Shown here: in pieces, positions 46,393 through 52,713 of the stretch
Layout: each line of letters starts with the position of its first letter
Numbering within the stretch: position 1 is the first letter of the stretch
Assembly (NCBI GenBank): GCA_964392535.1
Contig: CAYMPY010000001.1
Coordinates: forward strand, 1 to 52,713
Reading direction: 5' to 3'
Origin: an uncultured Oscillospiraceae bacterium
GTDB lineage: Bacteria; Bacillota; Clostridia; Oscillospirales; Oscillospiraceae
DNA: 52,713 bases
Program-made: the position numbers and the translations under genes
Notes under the pieces: generated by a model
The model's database searches: none
Told to the model about the DNA's origin: nothing
The model's input: only the letters and a program-made list of their open reading frames with translations

Positions 46393-49300
46393 ATGAAAAG
46401 AAACAATAGCTTCATAAAGGGTCTGCTGCTGGTGCTGCTGGCAGCCATGCTGCTGGTATGTGCCGGCTGTAAAGATACCGAAAAAACACAGCCCCAGACC
46501 GAAGAGGGTCTGAAGCCTGTGTACTGGAACTTAGAGCGTGACGAGTATGTCGCAGCCGGTACGGACTTCGGCTCCGGCCGTATTCCCCGCCCCGATGGCT
46601 ACTACTATATCACCATGGGCTCCAACGGTGAAAAGGTAGAGCTGCGTACCGACAATAAGACCTATGTTGACAAGATCGACATGATGGAGGCCATGTGCCT
46701 GGATGTGGACGAAGAGGGCGTGATCAGCGCCGTGTACCCCATCGAGGACTTTGGCTACGAATACTATAACCGTATTCTGTTCGTTGAAAGCGTGGAGGGC
46801 AATATCGTCCACGCCAACAATGCACCCACACTGCTGGGTATGGACTTTGAGCTGGAGATCACCGATTATGTCCAGGTCTATTCCGTCAACGGTGGCGCAC
46901 TGCTGGGCTATCTGCCCACCACCATTGAGAAGGATGATGAGCTGGTGGTCCTGAAGGACCCCAACGGCCAGCTGTCCCATATTTATGTCAAGAGCTATGA
47001 GGAGCCCGGTGCACCCTTCCTGAACACCGAGCGGAAGTACAGCTCCAGCCTGAAGGCCTCTACCCGTGAGCCCGATGCACTGGGTTACTTTACTTACACC
47101 TTTGCTGTCAACGGCGAGCTGTATACATACCGCTGCAGAGATCAGGCGCTGGCAAACGAGATCGATAAGACCAACGCACCGTTGATGAACCTGACCTTTG
47201 ACGAGGAGACCGGCCTGATCGTTGGCAAGAGCAGCGTCAATACTCTGACCGGCGGCAAGGCCGTCAGCTCCTGGTACGATGTGACCTCTATAAACGGCAA
47301 TACCTTTGAGACCAAGCGGAATCTGACCGGCACCGGTTACGGCAATACCAACGAGCACATCATGACCGATAACTGCGTGGTAGTCAACAATACCGATTCC
47401 GGTGAGTACAGAGGCGAGCTTACCGACCTGCGTGTGGGTGACCGTGTCCACTGTCTGACCGACTCCCGTGACCGTGTATGCTATATTCTCGTTGTGGCCC
47501 GTGCCTTTGACGGAAAGATCGCCTACAATGTAAGCAGAAAGTGGGACTCCACCAACAAGGTCTCCACCCGTACCCCCAACGAGGATGGCTGGTATGAGCT
47601 CAACATGGCTATCGATGGCGTTCAGCAGATCGTCAAGACCAAGGATAAGGAAGTTGTGGATAAGCTGGATTCCTTCATGTGCTATGGCGTGAAGCTGGGT
47701 GAGAACAACGAGGTCATTAAGGTTACCTCGGCCGCCAACGTGTACAATAACGGCGTTGTGGCCAGCTACTACGATCTGATCGAGCTGACCGAAAAGAGCT
47801 TTACCGCAAAGCGCATCCTGTCCGGCACCAGCCAGGGTACTGTGGTCACCTATGAAATGGCCGCAGATTGCCAGGTCTACAATGTGACCGATAACTCCGG
47901 CTTCATTGGCGAGCCCACCGAGCTGAAGCTGGGTGACCGTGTCCACTGCTTCCGCGGCATGGACGGCAAGATCAAGCTGATCTATGTGGTCAACCGTCCC
48001 TGGGATGCCAAGATCTACTGGAACATCAACCGTCAGTATAACTCCACCACCAAGGAGACGAAGCGCGTACCCGATGCCGACGGCTGGTACTGGTTCGACC
48101 TGGCTGTGGACGGCAAACAGGTAAGACTTAAGACCAACGAAAAGGATATCGCAAACAAGATCGATGCTTCTGCCACAAAGCAGGTAGGTCTGCTGTACTG
48201 GAACGGCATTATCACCAAGGTGATCTCCTGTAGTGCGGTCAGGGGCTACGAGGGCGGTCCTCAGGGTATCTCCTGGGTGGATATCACTGCCATTGAAGGT
48301 GATACCTACTACGCCCGTAAATACGATACCGGCAAGAACTATATGTTCACCATCGGCAAGGCCTGCAAGGTCTATAACGTTGACCCCGATGGTATTATGA
48401 AATATGTGGGCGAGCCCACCACACTGCAGGTCGGTGACCGTGTCCATGCCCACCATAACCAGGACGGCCTGGCTATGCTGGTGTACGTTGTGGACTACCG
48501 TGTGGCAGCGCTGGATACCGAACCCAACACCTGCGCCTGCAATGAAAATGTGACCTGGGAGCCCTGGGACGGCACGACCGACCTGACCTCCGGTTACTAC
48601 TACCTGGAAAATGATGTGGTCGCTCCTGCGGACGGCTTTAATTTAGAGGGTGTGGAGGTCAATCTGCGCCTGGATGGTCATACCATCAGCAGTACCGGCC
48701 GTGTGTTCTGGGCCAACACCAATGCGACTCTGAACATCTGTGACCACGATACCCGTGGTAAGCTCATCGGCTCCGGCGTTGACGGCGAGGCCGGCGGTGT
48801 GATCCGTACCGCAGGCAGTGCCAAGGTCAATCTGTGGAACATCGATGTGCTGTCCGATGGCGATCATACCACAGTACCCACCGAGGGCGGCCTTATTTCC
48901 GTCGCCGGTAATGTGACGGCCCATAATGTGAACTTCTCCGGCGGTAAGTCCTCTGGCAAGGGCGGCAATGTGTTTATCAGCACCCTGGGTACCTTCCGGG
49001 CCTTTGACTGTACCTTCACCGGCGGTCAGTCCGGTACCTCCGGCGGTAACATCTGTGTAATGAACCGCATTTACCTTGAAAATGCAGTTGTAACCGGCGG
49101 CAGCGCTGCTGCGGACGGCGACAACTTCGTGCTGGATACCTCCAAAGAATGTATCATTGACAATGTGACCTTCACGGGTGCCGCAACCGGCAAGAACGTT
49201 TACCTCAAGACCGGCAGCCTGGGCGTTGTGGGTAAGCTGACTGTGGCTGACGGAGCTTCCTACAAGATCAAGCTGGGTACCGGCTATCTGACCGACCTGG

Positions 49301-52300
49301 GCATGACCGCTGATTCTTCCATCGGCGTTTGCCGTAAGGGCTTTGGCGTTGTGATTCAGAATGCTGCCGAAGAGCTGATGGCTTGTGTCACGCTGGAAAA
49401 TGCAGTTCAGCAGCAGCTTGTTTACGAAAACGGCGATGTCCGCATCAAGTCCACCGAGCCTCCCAAGGCACACAGCAGCCACTGTGTCTGCGTGGGCGGT
49501 GACCTGGGTATGGCAGATCATACCTGCACCGAGATCACCGAATGGAAGGAACTGACACTGGATGTCCTCAAGACCTCCACCACCGGTTCTGACCGACTGA
49601 TGTTCATCGAGTCCGGAAACTATTACCTGACCTATGACCTGGATCTGCCCGGCGTGATCGACATTCCCGCAGATCAGAACATTACCATTTGTCTCAACGG
49701 CCTGAAGCTGACCAGCACCAGCCGTGCATTCATGGTGGTTGGTAAGCTGAATATTACCGATTGCGACGGCAGCGGCCTGATCGAGACGGCCTACACTTCC
49801 AACGGCGGCGTTGTGAAGCTGTGTAACGGCGGTACCTTTAACCTCTACGGCGGCACACTGACCGACACCGCTGAGGTTGCCACCGGCGGCGCCTGCGTGG
49901 TTATCTCTACCGACAGCTACAGCACCCTGACCTCCTCCACCAAGAAGGATACCGTCTTCAATATGTATGGCGGTAAGCTCACCGGCGGTAAGACCTCCGG
50001 CACCGGCGGTAATATGAGTATCTTCCATGACCTGTGCCAGTTCAATATGTACGGCGGCGTTATTGAAAACGGTAAGGCTACCAATAACGGCGGTAACTTC
50101 AGAACCTACTATAAGGTCCAGCTGCTGGGCGGCACCGTTACCGGCGGTACAGCCACCAAGGGTGACGATATCTACTTCTACAACGGCGAGCTGATCCTGG
50201 GCGGCAAGCTGAACGTCGGTCAGATCTGCTTCTACGGTGACCGTCAGCTGACCATCCATGACGATGGTCTGACTGTAGAAAAGCCCATCGAGATCGTGGC
50301 AGGCGAGGGCGTGTTCGCCACCAATGTCAAGACCGACCTCAGCGCCTGCTTCGATGGCAACGGCTATGACATCGTTTACGATGCCGGGACACAGACCCTG
50401 AGCCTCCAGGCACCTACCCACGATCCCCACTGTGTCTGCGAAGGCATTGAAGACCTGGGTCTGGCTTCCCATACCTGCGAGCCTGCAGGCGATTGGCAGG
50501 TCCTGAGCACCGATTGCTTCACCGATGCAAAGACCTCTGCCGGCTCTGTTGCAGGCTACAAGTTTAAGCAGTCCGGCAACTACTTCCTGGCTTCTGACCT
50601 GAGCCTGGATAAGGCCATCTACATCCAGTACGACCAGGAGATCACCATTTGCCTCAACGGTCATAAGCTTACAAGCTCTACCCAGGCACTGACCATCTCC
50701 GGCAATCTGAACCTCTGTGACTGTGTTGGCACCGGCGGCGTGGAAGCCAATTATGCAAGTAACGGCGGCTGCCTGAGACTGACCAGAGGCGGTACTGTGA
50801 ATATCTACGGCGGTACTTACACCAACCTGAAGGAAGTTGGTGTGGGCGGTGGTGTCATGGTCGTCTCCCGTGATACCTATTCCGCAACCGGCGCAACCAC
50901 CTCCAATACCGAGAACTTTGCCACTGCCAATATCTACGGCGGTAAGCTCAGCGGCGGTAAAACCACCGGCAGTGGCGGTACTGTGACACTGTTCCATGCT
51001 GAATGTACCCTCAATATGTACGGCGGTGTTATTGAAAACGGTGTTGCCACCGGTAACGGCGGTAACCTGAAGTCCGCAGGTGTTATGAATCTGCTGGGCG
51101 GCACCATCACCGGTGGTACGGCAGCTAAGGGCGATGACATCTACTATAACTCCGGCACGCTGACAATCGGCGGTAAGATGAACATCGGCAGGCTGACCGT
51201 TTCCGGCAAGACCTTCAAGATCCATGATGCAGGTCTTACGGTTGACCAGCCCATCGAGCTCATCGGCACTGCAGGCGTGTTTGCAACAAATGTCAAGACT
51301 GACCTGAGCAGCTGCTTCAAGGCAGAGGACGGCTTCAATGTGGTTTACGATGCCGCTGCCCAGACCCTGGAGCTGAAGGCAGAGCTTCATAAGAAGCACT
51401 GTGCATGTAACGGCCAGGATTTGGGTCTTGCCTCTCATACCTGCACAACTGTTGAGGATTGGCAGCCTCTGACCACCGACCTGTTCGGTGATGCCAAGAC
51501 CTCCTCCGGTACTGTTTCCGGCTACATGTTCATGAGCTCCGGCAACTATGTGCTGACCGGCGATCTGGAGCTGAGCAAGCCCATTTACATCCAGTATAAT
51601 CAGAACATCACCATCTGCCTCAACGGTCACAAGCTTTCAAGCACCGGCCAGGCACTGACTATCTCCGGTAACCTGACCCTCTGCGATTGCGAGGGTACAG
51701 GTGAAGTCGCAGCCAACTATGCAAGTAACGGCGGCTGCCTGAGACTGACCAGAGGCGGCACACTGAATGTCTACGGCGGTACTTATACCAACAGTAAGGC
51801 TGTTGCCAACGGCGGCGGTGTAGTAGTTGTCTCCCGTGATACCTACTCCGCAACCGGCGCAACGACCACTAATACCGAGAATAAGTCTGTGTTCAACTTC
51901 TACGGCGGCAAGCTTACCGGCGGTAAGACCACCGGCACCGGCGGCAACCTGACCGTATTCCATGCCGAATGTACCTTCAATATGTACGGCGGTATCATTG
52001 AAAACGGCCAGGCTGACGGCAACGGTGGCAATATGCGCTCTTACGGCACCACCAACCTGCTGGGCGGCACCGTCACCGGCGGCAGTGCTGCAGGCAACGG
52101 CGATGATGTGTTTATTAACGGTGGTACCCTGACCATCGGCGGCAAGATGAATATTGGCTCCATCTACCTTAACGGCAAGAGCTTCAAGATCCACACCAGC
52201 GGTCTGGAAACCGCAACACCCATTGAGATCGTCGGCACCGGCACCTTTGCAACAAATGTATTGACCGACCTGAGCTCCTGCTTCCAGGCAGCTACCGGCA

Positions 52301-52341
52301 TCATCTACGATGCCACCGCAAAGACCCTGAGCATTGGGTAA
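46393..52341 (+). CDS. Giant modular lipoprotein B (1982 aa): 4 N-terminal repeats + 4 beta-helix-like modules
   Basis: Lipobox CAGC; collinear paralog of 39534-44516; modules start NTCAC, HSSHCVC, HDPHCVC, HKKHCAC. Confidence 0.85.
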   Translation: MKRNNSFIKGLLLVLLAAMLLVCAGCKDTEKTQPQTEEGLKPVYWNLERDEYVAAGTDFGSGRIPRPDGYYYITMGSNGEKVELRTDNKTYVDKIDMMEAMCLDVDEEGVISAVYPIEDFGYEYYNRILFVESVEGNIVHANNAPTLLGMDFELEITDYVQVYSVNGGALLGYLPTTIEKDDELVVLKDPNGQLSHIYVKSYEEPGAPFLNTERKYSSSLKASTREPDALGYFTYTFAVNGELYTYRCRDQALANEIDKTNAPLMNLTFDEETGLIVGKSSVNTLTGGKAVSSWYDVTSINGNTFETKRNLTGTGYGNTNEHIMTDNCVVVNNTDSGEYRGELTDLRVGDRVHCLTDSRDRVCYILVVARAFDGKIAYNVSRKWDSTNKVSTRTPNEDGWYELNMAIDGVQQIVKTKDKEVVDKLDSFMCYGVKLGENNEVIKVTSAANVYNNGVVASYYDLIELTEKSFTAKRILSGTSQGTVVTYEMAADCQVYNVTDNSGFIGEPTELKLGDRVHCFRGMDGKIKLIYVVNRPWDAKIYWNINRQYNSTTKETKRVPDADGWYWFDLAVDGKQVRLKTNEKDIANKIDASATKQVGLLYWNGIITKVISCSAVRGYEGGPQGISWVDITAIEGDTYYARKYDTGKNYMFTIGKACKVYNVDPDGIMKYVGEPTTLQVGDRVHAHHNQDGLAMLVYVVDYRVAALDTEPNTCACNENVTWEPWDGTTDLTSGYYYLENDVVAPADGFNLEGVEVNLRLDGHTISSTGRVFWANTNATLNICDHDTRGKLIGSGVDGEAGGVIRTAGSAKVNLWNIDVLSDGDHTTVPTEGGLISVAGNVTAHNVNFSGGKSSGKGGNVFISTLGTFRAFDCTFTGGQSGTSGGNICVMNRIYLENAVVTGGSAAADGDNFVLDTSKECIIDNVTFTGAATGKNVYLKTGSLGVVGKLTVADGASYKIKLGTGYLTDLGMTADSSIGVCRKGFGVVIQNAAEELMACVTLENAVQQQLVYENGDVRIKSTEPPKAHSSHCVCVGGDLGMADHTCTEITEWKELTLDVLKTSTTGSDRLMFIESGNYYLTYDLDLPGVIDIPADQNITICLNGLKLTSTSRAFMVVGKLNITDCDGSGLIETAYTSNGGVVKLCNGGTFNLYGGTLTDTAEVATGGACVVISTDSYSTLTSSTKKDTVFNMYGGKLTGGKTSGTGGNMSIFHDLCQFNMYGGVIENGKATNNGGNFRTYYKVQLLGGTVTGGTATKGDDIYFYNGELILGGKLNVGQICFYGDRQLTIHDDGLTVEKPIEIVAGEGVFATNVKTDLSACFDGNGYDIVYDAGTQTLSLQAPTHDPHCVCEGIEDLGLASHTCEPAGDWQVLSTDCFTDAKTSAGSVAGYKFKQSGNYFLASDLSLDKAIYIQYDQEITICLNGHKLTSSTQALTISGNLNLCDCVGTGGVEANYASNGGCLRLTRGGTVNIYGGTYTNLKEVGVGGGVMVVSRDTYSATGATTSNTENFATANIYGGKLSGGKTTGSGGTVTLFHAECTLNMYGGVIENGVATGNGGNLKSAGVMNLLGGTITGGTAAKGDDIYYNSGTLTIGGKMNIGRLTVSGKTFKIHDAGLTVDQPIELIGTAGVFATNVKTDLSSCFKAEDGFNVVYDAAAQTLELKAELHKKHCACNGQDLGLASHTCTTVEDWQPLTTDLFGDAKTSSGTVSGYMFMSSGNYVLTGDLELSKPIYIQYNQNITICLNGHKLSSTGQALTISGNLTLCDCEGTGEVAANYASNGGCLRLTRGGTLNVYGGTYTNSKAVANGGGVVVVSRDTYSATGATTTNTENKSVFNFYGGKLTGGKTTGTGGNLTVFHAECTFNMYGGIIENGQADGNGGNMRSYGTTNLLGGTVTGGSAAGNGDDVFINGGTLTIGGKMNIGSIYLNGKSFKIHTSGLETATPIEIVGTGTFATNVLTDLSSCFQAATGIIYDATAKTLSIG

Positions 52342-52349
52342 AACCCCAC

Positions 52350-52378
52350 AAGAGGCTGCGAAGGCGGCCTCTTGTTTT
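52350..52378 (+). terminator. Intrinsic terminator
   Basis: aagaggctgc-gaag-gcggcctctt + gtttt. Confidence 0.75.
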
Positions 52379-52398
52379 AATGCATGTACAGACCTCTG

Positions 52399-52428
52399 TG
52401 TCATTCTGAGCCGAAGGCGAAGAATCCG
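52399..52428 (+). repeat. Single GTCAT-type REP
   Basis: tgtcattctgagccgaaggcgaagaatccg. Confidence 0.72.
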
Positions 52429-52480
52429 TGCTCTTTATGTTGGGTTTTCTGAAAGAATAAAGAATAGAGAATAAAGATAC

Positions 52481-52576
52481 TTGACATTTAAAGGAAATCT
52501 GCTATAATATGATAGCTTGTGTACGCAAGCAATCCTTGCTCCCGATGAAGTCGGGGGCCAAAAGTCCAAAAGGAGG
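52481..52576 (+). promoter_or_regulatory. rpsF promoter and probable S6:S18 autoregulatory leader
   Basis: TTGACA-16-TGnTATAAT (52481-52508); leader ccttgctcccga...tcgggggccaaaagtccaaaaggagg able to pair with the RBS. Confidence 0.65.
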
Positions 52577-52586
52577 TGCAAACAAC

Positions 52587-52713
52587 ATGGCTAAGATCAC
52601 CGGTAAGTACGAGGTGCTCTACATCATCGACCCCGCTCAGGGCGAGGAGGGCATCGCCGCACTTGTGGAAAAGTTCAAGGCAATGGTGGAAGCGGAGGGT
52701 ACTCTGCTGAACA
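52587..52713 (+). CDS. rpsF: 30S ribosomal protein S6 (5' part, runs off the right edge)
   Basis: AGGAGGT RBS; MAKITGKYEVLYIIDPAQGEEGIAALVEKFKAMVEAEG. Confidence 0.92.
   Translation, partial: MAKITGKYEVLYIIDPAQGEEGIAALVEKFKAMVEAEGTLLN

Noticed and set aside
48643..51630. Very long antisense ORFs (995 aa here; also 46531-48456, 44938-46338, 42972-44546, 24599-25519, 10526-11524, 5551-6303)
   Set aside because: They mirror real genes on the opposite strand; strong C/G third-position bias suppresses antisense stops; no RBS or recognisable motifs
50419..52341. Diversity-generating retroelement template/variable repeat pair
   Set aside because: Both repeats are in-frame coding modules, differences are not adenine-specific by eye, and no reverse transcriptase is in the window
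52452..52476. aagaata/gagaata heptamer run before the rpsF promoter
   Set aside because: Short low-complexity heptamer repeat like those at 26535 and 36355; no evidence of a separate function

Overview
A 52.7-kb chromosomal segment from a moderately GC-rich Firmicute, judged to be Clostridia/Oscillospiraceae-like from gene content, sigma-A promoters and a T-box. It runs from a partial, GATase-less guaA (left edge) to the start of rpsF (right edge). Between them lie accessory metabolic and surface loci: AraC + secreted protein, MATE, DUF362, two YD-repeat surface proteins, galK / deleted MFS / GH2, aminotransferase-Lrp-M20, a T-box-controlled stand-alone trpB, a ROK-regulated GH38 + HAD::DHS-like fusion + HldE-like kinase operon, a dapH pseudogene beside an intact M20 deacetylase, a GntR-regulated AtuA/DUF1446 + DUF4387 + symporter + D-aminoacylase operon, and an AT-rich two-gene islet bounded by a duplicated gene tail. 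The last ~16 kb hold three neutral-ceramidase-like genes; two of them encode lipoproteins, each followed by a giant modular His/Cys-repeat lipoprotein. The best candidates for undescribed systems are this ceramidase-like/giant-lipoprotein module and the possible manno-heptose salvage operon. Intergenic DNA carries many small palindromic repeats (GTAG- and GTCAT-type REPs, nested MITE-like units) and a two-copy ~157-bp element in 5' leaders. No CRISPR array, rRNA, tRNA or transposase was seen. All family assignments come from motif recognition by eye; no database searches were run.
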